Part shown: positions 27,090-40,588 of the stretch, one piece after another
Numbering within the stretch: the stretch's first letter is position 1
Layout of the letters: the number at the start of each line of letters is the position of its first letter
From: Octopus vulgaris
Taxonomy: Eukaryota
DNA: 64,000 nucleotides
Direction of reading: 5' to 3'
Assembly: GCA_951406725.2 (NCBI GenBank)
Contig: OX597817.1
Span: 10,540,001 to 10,604,000 of the forward strand
The notes under the pieces: generated by a model
Told to the model about the DNA's origin: nothing
Database searches by the model: none
The model's input: only the letters and a program-made list of their open reading frames with translations
Made by a program: the position numbers and the translations under genes

Positions 27090-28140
27090 ATTTTCTGGTG
27101 ATTTCCCAAGAAACGATAAATTACAGAACTCAATATGTAAACAATATATTCTTTAATACGTTACAACTGAAAAGCTGTAAATTGCTGTAAGTTCTCTGAG
27201 TTTCATATTTCCACCCATTCAGTTGGTAATCTGAGACTGTTTTCACTTAAATTATCTGATATTTTGAATGTATTTTGAAATATTATATGAAAGCTATCAA
27301 GAAAACGTTTATCTCCATATATACTTTTATAAATTATGCAAGACTTATATAATTTTACATTTTTACATTTCATTTATGGCTCTTGTGGGAATACACCAAA
27401 TGTCTCTTTTTTTCTTTTTCTTTTACTTAGCATTGCATTTGGAATTTAAACATCAAACGAAGAAGGTCACTTTAAGAACTGTTCTCTAATAGAATTCCGT
27501 TGTTATTTAAGAATTTTTTTAAAAACATTTTTCCGAAAACACTTCAAAATCAATGCTTTTTCTCTCTGAACCAAGTCAGAATTCTAGAAGGCTGATACTT
27601 ACACAGAAGATGCTTTTAACTTCATGCATACAAGGTGCTAATAATTCTGTTCTTTTGTTCAAACCATTACTTCCTTGAAACAAAATTCTTGATTTTTTTG
27701 ATCAAAGGTCACACCAGATTTTTGCTTTGAAGCTACCGTTCCTGACTGCTTACACCTTATCTACAATTGACCAGATAATTGAATTCTTGAAGACTTGCTA
27801 CATATAAGAACCATATCAATTTCAACAAAGCCATAGCACATTTTTGTTCAGGGCCAACAAATGGATGTTTGTCCCTATAAAATCGATTTTTTAATGCAAA
27901 TTCAGTTTCTTGAGGTTTGTCTCTGTTGCTGTTTCTTCTTTAATGTTGTATACAATCAATAATGCTTTACAGTTACCATCAAACGGGCAATTCTCCTGAA
28001 TACTGAAGTTGCATGATTGGTGTTCATCAACTATTCCCCTATCTGTTTCATTCAGACTTGCAGCATTTATACCTCTGATATAATAACCAAACTTTTCCCT
28101 AAATACTCCCTAAATAAGTAACCTTAATACAGTTCCAATT
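27090..28140 (-). mobile_element. Second, highly decayed PLE relic (GIY-YIG region, 3' end abutting (TA)n)
   Basis: SCNFSIQENCPFDGNCKALLIVY resembles the PLE CNC...CPLDGxC...IVY linker; hammerhead-like CTGAATGG..GAAACTCAGAG at ~27195-27222. Confidence 0.6.
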
Positions 28141-28437
28141 ACTCTCTTTTTACTCTCTTTTGCTTGTTTCACATCTTACTATATTTATACCTTTATTCTA
28201 TCAGGTCTCTTTTGGCAGAAAATGGTAATCTATCAAATTAAGGAATTCCTTAGTTGCGTTACTCTCTTTTACTCTAGTAGAAGACACTTGCCCAAGGTGC
28301 CATGCAGTGGGACTGAACCCGGAACCATGTGGTTGGTAAGCAAGCTACTTACCAGTACTATTTAATTAAATACTAAGCTAAACCATAGAATACATTTCTT
28401 TTTATTCCTGTTCCTTCACTGCATATTTTTAATACTT

Positions 28438-28476
<39 letters not shown>

Positions 28477-28504
28477 TTTATAATATATGCTTTATATATA
28501 TATA

Positions 28505-28730
28505 TGCTTTCAACATGTGATCTCTTGAGCACCACCAGCAAAAATATTTTTTCCTCTGTCTTCCCTTCTTGGGATCTTTCCTTCTCCTTGTTTCCGACGA
28601 AGAGCTCCGCTCGAAATGTTAAACCCTCCTTCCCTTCTTTCCTGAGCGTCAATAATACTTTAATTGTTCCACGTCCTCGCGTTGCTGTGTTTTTTTCTCT
28701 TTTTTTCTGTGTTTTCTTGTTTGGATTAAC
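28505..28730 (+). mobile_element. Short (TA)n-flanked element with a hammerhead-like motif
   Basis: GTTT-CCGACGA-A-GAGC-TCC-GCTC-GAAA-TGTT-AAAC at ~28590-28624; duplicated at 34665-34890. Confidence 0.6.
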
Positions 28731-28974
28731 TATATATATATATATATATATAATCTCATTGGAGAGTCTATTATATCTGTGTTTTATTATAGTACGTAAC
28801 TGCCTCCATAAAAACAGTCTCATAGGATGATCATGAGTGCACCCATTCATGGACATTTTCAACTAAGTTCTTCAAAATATTGAGTCAGTGATTTGATTGT
28901 TAAAATATGAACACTAATTTCTCACTTAATTTGTGGTATAGTCTGAAACTATTATTGCTTAATCTCAATACCAG

Positions 28975-29120
28975 AGGGCGCACACTCTCCTACCCTGATG
29001 TAATCTCCAGGGATACAGGCATCCAGTAACAGGACCTCCGTAATGCCATGATGGACCATGAAGTCTGGCATAGCATGGTAAATTCCATTGTCTCAACCAC
29101 GGTCGAACAATGATGATGAT
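28975..29120 (+). mobile_element. 3' end of a second RTE-type LINE
   Basis: LSYPDVISRDTG..DLRNAMMDHEVWHSMV then stop and (TGA)n tail; duplicate at ~35134-35279. Confidence 0.65.
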
Positions 29121-29686
29121 AATCTCAAGATCATGTCATATCAAGAAATTTAATAGTGATAAGATTAGTATCTATGATAAAACTATGTCCTATTTCCTCC
29201 ACTACTTTAAGCTTCAAACCATTGCAATCTCTCAATAGTTCTAGGCCATCATCACAATATAGAACACAATCAATTTATGAAGTTCTTTTTACAATAAATC
29301 TAGAATATAGAGCCCTGTAATTTTACTCACCCAAACACCATCTTATGCTCCTATAAATGCATCAAACAATTAATCCCCACGTTTGTTGACTCATGTTTTG
29401 TTATTGACAAAAAGGAGTGAGCTATTTGCATTCACAAACTCATCAATGTCCAACTCACAAGCATTTTTTATTTGTTTTTGGAAAATCTAGGGCCTTGATT
29501 GATCAAACAAAGGTTTGATTGTTAAAATATGAAAGTCTGCTACTTGAAATACATGAATTTACAAGTTTTCTCTTTTTTTCTCAAGAAACCTTTCCAGTAC
29601 TTCCAAAGTCTTGCACTGTAATATCAATGATGAACCTGCTTCTATTCAGAAAATGATCTTTCCAAATATTTTTTTGCAAACCATAT

Positions 29687-29858
29687 AGGCGCAGGAGTGG
29701 CTGTGTGGTAAGTAGCTTGCTAACCAACCACATGGTTCTGGGTTCAATCCCACTGCGTGGCATCTTGGGCAAGTGTCTTCTGCTATAGCTCCGGGCCGAC
29801 CAATGCCTTGTGAGTGGATTTGGTAGACGGAAACTGAAAGAAGCCTGTCGTATATATG

Positions 29859-29889
<31 letters not shown>

Positions 29890-30103
29890 TTGTGTCTGTG
29901 TTTGTCCCCCTAGCATTGCTTGACAACTGATGCTGGTGTGTTTACGTCCCCGTCACTTAGTGGTTTGGCAAAGGAGACCGATTAGAATAAGTACTGGGCT
30001 TACAAAGAATAAGTCCCGGGGTCGATTTGCTCGACTAAAGGCGGTGCTCCAGCATGGCCGCAGTCAACTGACTGAAACAAGTAAAAGAGTAAAAGAGTAA
30101 GAG
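29687..30103 (+). mobile_element. SINE family A
   Basis: Full-length; duplicated at 35843-36260. Confidence 0.9.
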
Positions 30104-30428
30104 TATATCTAAATTTAACATAGCTGAACTAATTTAGAGTCACTCTCAAGTTGAAGTTAAATTTATGGCTTTTAAATGTGTGTGTGTGTGTGCGTGTGTA
30201 TGTGGTGTGTGTGTGTGGTATGTGTGTACATATAATCATAGTTGGTTATTCCATTGGAAATGGAAGGAACCACAATTAAAGTAAGGTACTCATACATCAC
30301 ACAGATGGTATATTACTTTACTTAATAAGTGACTCTTACAGAACCAGTTTTGTAATCATCATCATCATCATCATCATTTAGCATCCGCTTTCCATGCTAG
30401 CATAGGTTGGACGGTTCAACTGGGGTCC

Positions 30429-30528
30429 NNNNNNNNNNNNNNNNNNNNNNNNNNNNNNNNNNNNNNNNNNNNNNNNNNNNNNNNNNNNNNNNNNNNNNNN
30501 NNNNNNNNNNNNNNNNNNNNNNNNNNNN
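30429..30528. other. Assembly gap (100 N)
   Basis: Run of N, the usual unknown-size scaffold gap. Confidence 0.99.
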
Positions 30529-31909
30529 AACATTATGTTCAGTGCTCAAGTGTAAGCTCATGTGGAACCCCAATTCTTTCTTTGCGTGTTTTCCCAATTT
30601 GCTTGAGATGTTCATGGATAGTTGAACATGACATATTAAATTCTTATGCCAAATCTCTGGTGTTTTGATGTGGATCCGATACTATAATCTCATTCAAAAG
30701 GTCGAAATTCAAAGTGGGTCGTCATTCAGAGTGGGTCATCTTCCAGAGTGAAGCTTGTCAGATATGTCACAATCACCATCTTTAAACCTTTTAAACCACA
30801 GCTGACATGCACAAGTTTCTTCACTGCATCCAGACACACTTCACAAATGTTTTTCATTTGCCCTTCCAGTTGCCAATCCTTTTCTTTCAAAATCCATGCA
30901 GTAAGCTATGGCAAATATGTTGTTTGATAAAGTTCTTATCCTCCATTGGATTGATAACCAAAATAACTATGAATGATACACTGCTAGATAGAGGAGATGA
31001 TATACTATTTCTAGACAGTACCTAACCATTCAACCTTGGTTCGGATGTAATTGGTTGTTTCATATTTTATAGTTGTGAAAAAATGCAATTACTTTCTGAA
31101 CACCCTAATATATGTGTGCGTGTGGTGGCCAGAACAGTCTGGAACAGAATAACAAAAAGGAAAATCCCTGTGGACCAAGTTGACCATATTGAGACCGTTG
31201 GGTCAAAAGAATTTTAGTGGAACTTAAAAATTTTTTAAATCACAAATTTAAAACACAACTGGCCAGACATTGTTGTGTAGGATCACAAAGAAAAACTATA
31301 TTCAGTAGTGGAAATAAGCTGCCCTCTCAACATCAATGTGGTTAGAAAAATACCAGAGAAAGAGAACAGCTATAGACCATTCATAAAGAATTTTCATATC
31401 TGGTACTCATGATGTAATTTCAGCTTCATTCTTATTATTATTGAAGCAACAGTATACATACCAACCTGCCAGGAGCAAAGTTTGGTTTGATATGCATATA
31501 TATATATATATATAAAAAACAAGTCAAGATAGAAAATGCTAAAATAATTTTATAAAGAACATTTCAGTACCGGTTCCGGTCATTTTGAGACCTTTTCAAC
31601 TTTAACGATTAAATAATTAAATTTAGAAAAATCAAAAGAAAAATTTTTTAAAAGAATATTTGTATAGTGTTCAGATATAAGTGGCCTTTTTCTTGTTTCT
31701 GCCTTTCTCTGTCTCTCTTGTTTACACTTGTGGGTTCGAGGTTGTTGTATATATGTATATATGAATGTGTATATACAGTAGTACCTCACTTTTTGAACAA
31801 CTCTGATCATGAAGAAATTGTGCTAGGGGCCATCCGGACTCCCGTCTTCACCATGAACAGAGATTAATCTTCTCTCTTTGCTCCTTTGTGCCACATGGGC
31901 TCAACTCTT

Positions 31910-32440
31910 CTGCACTGGTATGGCCATGTAATACATATGAATGAAGACAGTTGCATCAAGAGGTGCCAGTTTCTAATTGAAGAAGGAATATGTTGAAGGG
32001 GTAGACCCAAGATGTGGGACAAAGTGGTGAGAAAGGATCTGCAGACATTGGGACTCACAGAGAGGATGATGACAGGTGATTGAGATTCCCAGCAGTTTGC
32101 TATGCTTGAAAAAACCACGTCAAGCTAAGCAAATGTATGGGTGCTCTTGCATACAGGTTCATCCTCTGCAGCTCTCTCCGGCTGAGTATCCCTAATCTTG
32201 CAGGCTGGTGTCATATAAAAAGCACCTGTATCAGTGCTGCATAAAAGCACCCAGTACACTCTGTAAAGTGGTTGGTGTTAAGACAGGCATCCAGCTGTAG
32301 AAACCATGGCCAAAGCAGACATGGAGCCTGAACAGCCCTTCAGTCAGTCAGCACCTGTCAAACCATCCAACCCATGCCAGCATGGGAAATGGACGATAAA
32401 TGATGATGATGGTGATGATGATGATGATGATGATGATGAT
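31910..32440 (+). mobile_element. RTE LINE 3' end (duplicate of 26010-26530)
   Basis: LHWYGHVIHMNEDSCIKRC...RGRPKMWDKVVRKDL, followed by UTR and tail. Confidence 0.85.
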
Positions 32441-32473
32441 ATATACACACACACACACATATATATATATATA

Positions 32474-32515
<42 letters not shown>

Positions 32516-32622
32516 TACTTTCTTCATCACTGTCAAGATATACATGTGTGTGTGTGTGTGTATGTATGCATGCATGCATGCATGTATGTATGTATATATG
32601 TATGTATGTATGTATATTTACA

Positions 32623-32687
<65 letters not shown>

Positions 32688-32748
32688 TATATAGACATAC
32701 ATCTATACGTATATAAATATTTACATACATACACGTATATATATATAT

Positions 32749-32783
<35 letters not shown>

Positions 32784-32785
32784 AC

Positions 32786-32923
<138 letters not shown>

Positions 32924-32950
32924 GTACATATATATACATATATATATATA

Positions 32951-32989
<39 letters not shown>

Positions 32990-34109
32990 CATATATAAAT
33001 TTTCTGGTGATTTCCCAAGAAACGATAAATTACAGAACTCAATATGTAAACAATATATTCTTTAATACGTTACAACTGAAAAGCTGTAAATTGCTGTAAG
33101 TTCTCTGAGTTTCATATTTCCACCCATTCAGTTGGTAATCTGAGACTGTTTTCACTTAAATTATCTGATATTTTGAATGTATTTTGAAATATTATATGAA
33201 AGCTATCAAGAAAACGTTTATCTCCATATATACTTTTATAAATTATGCAAGACTTATATAATTTTACATTTTTACATTTCATTTATGGCTCTTGTGGGAA
33301 TACACCAAATGTCTCTTTTTTCTTTTTCTTTTACTTAGCATTGCATTTGGAATTTAAACATCAAACGAAGAAGGTCACTTTAAGAACTGTTCTCTAATAG
33401 AATTCCGTTGTTGTTTAAGAATTTTTTAAAAACATTTTTCCGAAAACACTTCAAAATCAATGCTTTTTCTCTCTGAACCAAGTCAGAATTCTAGAAGGCT
33501 GATACTTACACAGAAGATGCTTTTAACTTCATGCTTACAAGGTGCTAATAATTCTGTTCTTTTGTTCAAACCATTACCTCCTTGAAACAAAATTCTTGAT
33601 TTTTTTGATCAAAGGTCACACCAGATTTTTGCTTTGAAGCTACCGTTCCTGACTGCTTGCACCTTATCTACAATTGACCAGATAATTGAATTCTTGAAGA
33701 CTTGCTACATATAAGAACCATATCAATTTCAACAAAGCCATAGCACATTTTTGTTCAGGGCCAACAAATGGATGTTTGTCCCTATAAAATCGATTTTTAA
33801 TGCAAATTCAGTTTCTTGAGGTTTGTCTCTGTCGCTGTTTCTTCTTTAATGTTGTATACAATCAATAATGCCTTACAGTTACCATCAAGCAGGCAATTCT
33901 CCTGAATACTGAAGTTGCATGATTGGTGTTCATCAACTATTCCCCTATCTGTTTCATTCAGACATGCAGCATTTATACCTCTGATATAATAACCAAACTT
34001 TTTACTCCCTAAATAAGTAACCTTAATACAGTTCCAATAAAACATCTTACTATATTTATACCTCGGCAGAAAATGGTAATCTATCAAATTAAGGAATTCC
34101 TTAGTTGCA

Positions 34110-34335
34110 TTACTCTCTTTTACTCTCTTTTACTTGTTTCAGTCATTTGACTGCGGCCATGCTGGAGCACCGCCTTTAATCGAGCAACTCAACCCCGGGA
34201 CTTATTCTTTGTAAGCCCAGTACTTATTCTATCGGTCTCTTTTGCCGAACCGCTAGGTGACGGGGATGTAAACACACCACCATCGGTTGTCAAGCAATGC
34301 TAGGGACACAAACACAGACACACAAACATACACGC

Positions 34336-34366
<31 letters not shown>

Positions 34367-34512
34367 TACGACGGGCTTCTTTCAGTTTCCGTCTACCAAA
34401 TCCACTCACAAGGCTTTGGTTGGCCCGAGGCTATAGTAGAAGACACTTGCCCAAGGTGCCATGCAGTGGGACTGAACCCGGAACCATGTGGTTGGTAAGC
34501 AAGCTACTTACC
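34110..34512 (-). mobile_element. SINE family A (5'-truncated), intact only in duplication copy 2
   Basis: Family match; only scattered fragments occur at the equivalent site 28141-28352. Confidence 0.88.
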
Positions 34513-34596
34513 AGTACTATTTAATTAAATACTAAGCTAAACCATAGAATACATTTCTTTTTATTCCTGTTCCTTCACTGCATATTTTTAATACTT

Positions 34597-34635
<39 letters not shown>

Positions 34636-35842
34636 TTTATAATATATGCTTTATATATATATATGCTTTCAACATGTGATCTCTTGAGCACCACCAGCAA
34701 AAATATTTTTTCCTCTGTCTTCCCTTCTTGGGATCTTTCCTTCTCCTTGTTTCCGACGAAGAGCTCCGCTCGAAATGTTAAACCCTCCTTCCCTTCTTTC
34801 CTGAGCGTCAATAATACTTTAATTGTTCCACGTCCTCGCGTTGCTGTGTTTTTTTCTCTTTTTTTCTGTGTTTTCTTGTTTGGATTAACTATATATATAT
34901 ATATATATATAATCTCATTGGAGAGTCTATTATATCTGTGTTTTATTATAGTACGTAACTGCCTCCATAAAAACAGTCTCATAGGATGATCATGAGTGCA
35001 CCCATTCATGGACATTTTCAACTAAGTTCTTCAAAATATTGAGTCAGTGATTTGATTGTTAAAATATGAACACTAATTTCTCACTTAATTTGTGGTATAG
35101 TCTGAAACTATTATTGCTTAATCTCAATACCAGAGGGCGCACACTCTCCTACCCTGATGTAATCTCCAGGGATACAGGCATCCAGTAACAGGACCTCCGT
35201 AATGCCATGATGGACCATGAAGTCTGGCATAGCATGGTAAATTCCATTGTCTCAACCACGGTCGAACAATGATGATGATAATCTCAAGATCATGTCATAT
35301 CAAGAAATTTAATAGTGATAAGATTAGTATCTATGATAAAACTATGTCCTATTTCCTCCACTACTTTAAGCTTCAAACCATTGCAATCTCTCAATAGTTC
35401 TAGGCCATCATCACAATATAGAACACAATCAATTTATGAAGTTCTTTTTACAATAAATCTAGAATATAGAGCCCTGTAATTTTACTCACCCAAACACCAT
35501 CTTATGCTCCTATAAATGCATCAAACAATTAATCCCCACGTTTGTTGACTCATGTTTTGTTATTGACAAAAAGGAGTGAGCTATTTGCATTCACAAACTC
35601 ATCAATGTCCAACTCACAAGCATTTTTTATTTGTTTTTGGAAAATCTAGGGCCTTGATTGATCAAACAAAGGTTTGATTGTTAAAATATGAAAGTCTGCT
35701 ACTTGAAATACATGAATTTACAGTTTTCTCTTTTTTTCTCAAGAAACCTTTCCAGTACTTCCAAAGTCTTGCACTGTAATATCAATGATGAACCTGCTTC
35801 TATTCAGAAAATGATCTTTCCAAATATTTTTTGCAAACCATA

Positions 35843-36015
35843 TAGGCGCAGGAGTGGCTGTGTGGTAAGTAGCTTGCTAACCAACCACATGGTTCTGGGT
35901 TCAATCCCACTGCGTGGCATCTTGGGCAAGTGTCTTCTGCTATAGCTCCGGGCCGACCAATGCCTTGTGAGTGGATTTGGTAGACGGAAACTGAAAGAAG
36001 CCTGTCGTATATATG

Positions 36016-36046
<31 letters not shown>

Positions 36047-36260
36047 TTGTGTCTGTGTTTGTCCCCCTAGCATTGCTTGACAACTGATGCTGGTGTGTTT
36101 ACGTCCCCGTCACTTAGTGGTTTGGCAAAGGAGACCGATAGAATAAGTACTGGGCTTACAAAGAATAAGTCCCGGGGTCGATTTGCTCGACTAAAGGCGG
36201 TGCTCCAGCATGGCCGCAGTCAACTGACTGAAACAAGTAAAAGAGTAAAAGAGTAAAGAG
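35843..36260 (+). mobile_element. SINE family A
   Basis: Duplicate of 29687-30103. Confidence 0.9.
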
Positions 36261-36512
36261 TATATCTAAATTTAACATAGCTGAACTAATTTAGAGTCAC
36301 TCTCAAGTTGAAGTTAAATTTATGGCTTTTAAATGTGTGTGTGTGTGTGCGTGTGTATGTGGTGTGTGTGTGTGGTATGTGTGTACATATAATCATAGTT
36401 GGTTATTCCATTGGAAATGGAAGGAACCACAATTAAAGTAAGGTACTCATACATCACACAGATGGTATATTACTTTACTTAATAAGTGACTCTTACAGAA
36501 CCAGTTTTGTAA

Positions 36513-36918
36513 TCATCATCATCATCATCATCATTTAGCATCCGCTTTCCATGCTAGCATAGGTTGGACGGTTCAACTGGGGTCCGGGAAGCCAGAAGGC
36601 TGCACCAGGCTCCAATCTGATCTGGCAATGTTTCTACGGCTGGATGCCCTTCCTAACGCCAACCACTCCATGAGTGTAATGGGTGCTTTTTATGTGCCAC
36701 CAGCACAGGTGCCAGACGGGGCTGGCAAACGGCCACGAACGGATGGTGCTTTTTACGTGCCACCGGCACAGAAGCCAGGCGAGGCTAGCAAACGGCCACG
36801 ATCGGATGGTGCTTTTTACGTGCCACCGGCACGGGGGCCAGGCGAGGCTGGCAATGGCCATGGTCAGATGGTGCTTTTTACATGCCACCAGCATGGAGGC
36901 CAGTCAGGGCAGCGCTGG
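36513..36918 (-). mobile_element. RTE 3' UTR fragment with four ~62-63-bp repeat units
   Basis: GTGCTTTTTA unit at 36683, 36746, 36809 and 36871; (CAT)n at left end. Confidence 0.82.
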
Positions 36919-36985
36919 CAAATATGTATGGAAAAACCATCTGAGAATCAGAGACTTTTAGCTGATTTCTTATAAGCATCACTTA

Positions 36986-37221
36986 CCTATTTCTTTACTA
37001 CCCACAAGGGGCTAAACACAGAGGAGACAAACAAGGACAGACAAACGGATTAAGTCGATTAGATTGACCTCAGTACGCAACTGGTACTTAATTTATCGAC
37101 CTCAAAAGGATGAAAGGTAAAGTCGACCTCGGCGGAATTTGAACTCAGAGCATTAAGACAGACGAAATACTGTTAAGCATTTCGCCCGGCGTGCTAACGT
37201 TTCTGCCAGCTCGTCGCCTTA
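36986..37221 (-). mobile_element. SINE family B
   Basis: Full-length match to the family. Confidence 0.88.
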
Positions 37222-37370
37222 ACTGAACAGATATCACTCTCTCCTGTGGAAGGAGTCCAGAGAATGGATTTTCATTACATTCTGGGTATTCTGTATTGCA
37301 GCAGTAGCTGCAAACCAGAATTCTGTGAAGACAGAGAATGAGAAAGTCAAACAGTGGTGGGGCCCCGCCT

Positions 37371-37657
37371 TTCGGAGGCGTCTTCAGCTCTGGTGTTGGG
37401 TGCATGTCTTCTTCTGTTCCCTGACCTCTTCAATGTAGCGTCAACGAGTGTCAGTGGGTAACTGACTGCCTCAGATAGAGGAGGTATGGCAGGGATAGGT
37501 GTTAGGGACATGTTAGATGGATGAAACATGGGGCAGAACAGGTTGGGGGCAGGGTCCAGCATGTTCAAGCATAAACCTTATGCTTTTAGGACACCAATTT
37601 GCTGTGATAGATTGATCTTTTTGAGTACAGTGAATCAATAATCACCTTAGTTCTTTG
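37371..37657. repeat. ~290-bp unclassified sequence duplicated in direct orientation at 41315-41606
   Basis: TTCGGAGG.GTCTTCAGCTCTGG...ATCACCTTAGTTCTTTG is present at both loci with few differences. Confidence 0.85.
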
Positions 37658-37948
37658 GGAGTGAAATGCATCCAAAGGGCCTCACGGGTGAGTGCAATAC
37701 TTATCGTGATCAGTGCATTTGGGGCCATTTCAAAGTCTGCAATGGTCAGGCAGGAAAAGCTGAGAAATACCAAACTTCATAGGAAGTCCACAGTTGGCAG
37801 CAATTACTCAGAACAGCAAACGATGTGTTGAGGAGAGTGTTGTGTCTTGGAGCTGCAAGAAGGAGCTGAGATGTGACAGAGATATGATAGGTGAAGAAAA
37901 AGGATGATGATGATGATGATGATGATGATACATACCTATACCTAGCTA

Positions 37949-38003
37949 TATAGATAGATTGATAGATAGATAGACAGACAGACAGACAGATAGATAGACA
38001 GGC

Positions 38004-38050
<47 letters not shown>

Positions 38051-38063
38051 CAAAAAGACAGAC

Positions 38064-38103
<40 letters not shown>

Positions 38104-38209
38104 GGATAGATAGATAGATAGACAGACAGACGGATAGATAGACAGGCAGGCAGAGAGATAGATAGACAGACAGACAGATAGATAGATAGACAGATAGATA
38201 GATAGATAT

Positions 38210-38254
<45 letters not shown>

Positions 38255-38267
38255 CAAAAAAACAGAC

Positions 38268-38303
<36 letters not shown>

Positions 38304-38355
38304 GGATAGATAGATAGATAGACAGACAGACGGATAGATAGACAGGCAGGCAGAG

Positions 38356-38395
<40 letters not shown>

Positions 38396-38471
38396 GGATA
38401 GATAGATAGATAGATAGACAGACAGACGGATAGATAGACAGGCAGGCAGAGAGATAGATAGACAGACAGAC

Positions 38472-38524
<53 letters not shown>

Positions 38525-38525
38525 T
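37949..38525. repeat. Compound (GATA/GACA/GGCA)n satellite with higher-order blocks
   Basis: Block GACGGATAGATAGACAGGCAGGCAGAGAGATAG recurs at ~38130, ~38330 and ~38425. Confidence 0.9.
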
Positions 38526-38567
38526 ACAAATATATATATATATACACACATTGTGAGTGTATGTGCA

Positions 38568-38601
<34 letters not shown>

Positions 38602-38873
38602 CATATATATGTATGTGCACGCATGGTTAAGTTTTTAAGAAGTTTGATTTTCAGTCACATTGTTCCGGAACCAGGCAAGATGTCTTCTGCCATCAACGAC
38701 ATCAAAGAGATGCAATCTTTATGAGTGACTGCATGAAACCTTGAATATCCAGTCTTTTTAACAGTACTACACTGATTCTAAATGGTTACCTTAAGTGCAA
38801 AAGGGTATCTGTAACAGTCAGTCACCTACTTACAAATACCTGGGGAGTCTTGGTAATTGAACAACTCCAACAC

Positions 38874-39290
38874 TTACTCTTTTACTCTTTTACTTGTTTC
38901 AGTCATTTGACTGCGGCCATGCTGGAGCACCGCCTTTAATCGAGCAACTCGACCCCGGGACTTATTCTTTTATTGTAAGCCCTGTACTTATTCTATCGGT
39001 TACTTTTGCTGAACCGCTAAGTGACGGGGACGTAAACACACCAGCATCGGTTGTCAAGCAATGCTAGGGGGACAAACACAGACACACAAACACACACACA
39101 CATATATATATATATATACATATATACGACGGGCTTCTTTCAGTTTCCGTCTACCAAATCCACTCACAAGGCATTGGTCGGCCCGGGGCTATAGCAGAAG
39201 ACACTTGCCCAAGGTGCCACGCAGTGGGACTGAACCCGGAACCATGTGGTTGGTAAACAAGCTACTTACCACACAGCCACTCCTGCACCT
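38874..39290 (-). mobile_element. SINE family A
   Basis: Full-length, with few substitutions relative to other copies. Confidence 0.9.
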
Positions 39291-39418
39291 TACTCACTTT
39301 GAATATACAAATATTAATTCATTAGCATGTACATTTATTTATGTAATTATATGATATGAGGAAAATAATGTTACACCTGTTCATCTTGCTTTTGAAATCA
39401 ACTGTTAAATGTCACTGA

Positions 39419-39790
39419 CATCATCATCATCATCATCATCGTTTAACGTCCGCTTTCCATGCTAGCATGGGTTGGACGGTTCAACTGGGGTCTGTGAAGC
39501 CAGAGGGCTGCACCAGGCTCCAGTCTGATCTGGCAATGTTTCTACAGCTGGATGCCCTTCCTAACGCCAACCACTCCGCGAGTGTAGTGGGTGCTTTTTA
39601 CGTGCCACCCGCACAGGTGCCAGACGGAGCCGGCAAACGGCCACGGACGGATGGTGCTTTTTATGTGCCACTGGCACGGGGGCCAGGCGAGGCTGGCAAC
39701 GGCCAAGAACGGATGGTGCTACATGCCACCGGCACGGGGGCCAGGCGAGGCTGGCAACGGCCACGGACGGATGGTGCTTTTTACGTGACA
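39419..39790 (-). mobile_element. RTE 3' UTR fragment
   Basis: Same (CAT)n end and ~62-bp repeat as 10207 and 36513. Confidence 0.82.
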
Positions 39791-39950
39791 TTTATGGAAA
39801 ATATCATTCATTTAACTATTTTGGATAACTTTGGTTCTTATTGCTATTGATGTTGGCAGAAGTGATTACAATTCTGCTTGAGCATTACTCGAGTAATCAG
39901 GTTTGTTTTGCATTGTTATCTTGTCTTTATTATGGGGCATAGTCTCCTTG

Positions 39951-40290
39951 TGAAGGCGCATGGCTCAGTGGTTAGAGCGTCGAGCTTACGATCGTGAGGT
40001 TGTGAGCTCGAATCCTGGATCGGGCTGCGTGTTGTGTTCTTGAGCAAGACACTTTATTTCACGTGGCTCCAGTTCACTCAGCTGTAGAAATGAGTTGCGA
40101 CGTCACTGGTGCCAAGCTGTATCAGTCTTTACCTTTCCCTTGAATAATGTTGGTGGCATGGAGAAGTGGAGGCCTGAATGCATGGGCGACTGCTGGTCTT
40201 CCATAAACCACCTTGCCCAGACTTGTGACCAGGAGGGTAACTTTCTAGGTGCAATCCCATGGTCAGTGCTGTGACCGAAGGGGGTCCCTC
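39951..40290 (+). mobile_element. tRNA-derived SINE family D
   Basis: GGCGCATGGCTCAGTGGTTAGAGCG A-box, GAGCTCGAATCC B-box, then TTCTTGAGCAAGACACTT...CCAGTTCACTCAGCTGTAGAAATG. Confidence 0.8.
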
Positions 40291-40588
40291 CTCCCAGTCT
40301 CCTTAGATTTAATACTTAAACCATGTGGTCTCATTTTGAAGACATTTGGACAAAATATTGACTTTTAAGTTTCTGAAAATCCTATTGTCATAGCATCGGT
40401 CAGAATGAAGAATGATATCACTTTGACAATTCTGTTTGCATCATAGACAATGGCAAATAACTGAAAATAAAGTAGCTGTGGTGTAAAATGAAAGTGTGTG
40501 AGTGCATGCATGCATGCTTTCATGTGGGTGTGCATGCATGTGTGCATACACAGAAACACCATATGAAATTATGTGACTACATGATCTC

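Noticed and set aside
36683-36918. Regularly spaced ~24-bp motif resembling a CRISPR array
   Set aside because: The 'spacers' are homologous to each other, the array is part of an RTE 3' UTR, the context is eukaryotic, and there are no cas genes.
39061-39354. Recurrent ORF ...RRASFSFRLPNPLTR... seen at many loci
   Set aside because: Antisense translation of SINE family A, not a gene family.
39951-40030. tRNA gene-like sequences (also the other SINE heads and 56124-56197)
   Set aside because: A and B boxes are present, but there is no complete cloverleaf or acceptor stem, and the sequence continues into SINE bodies.
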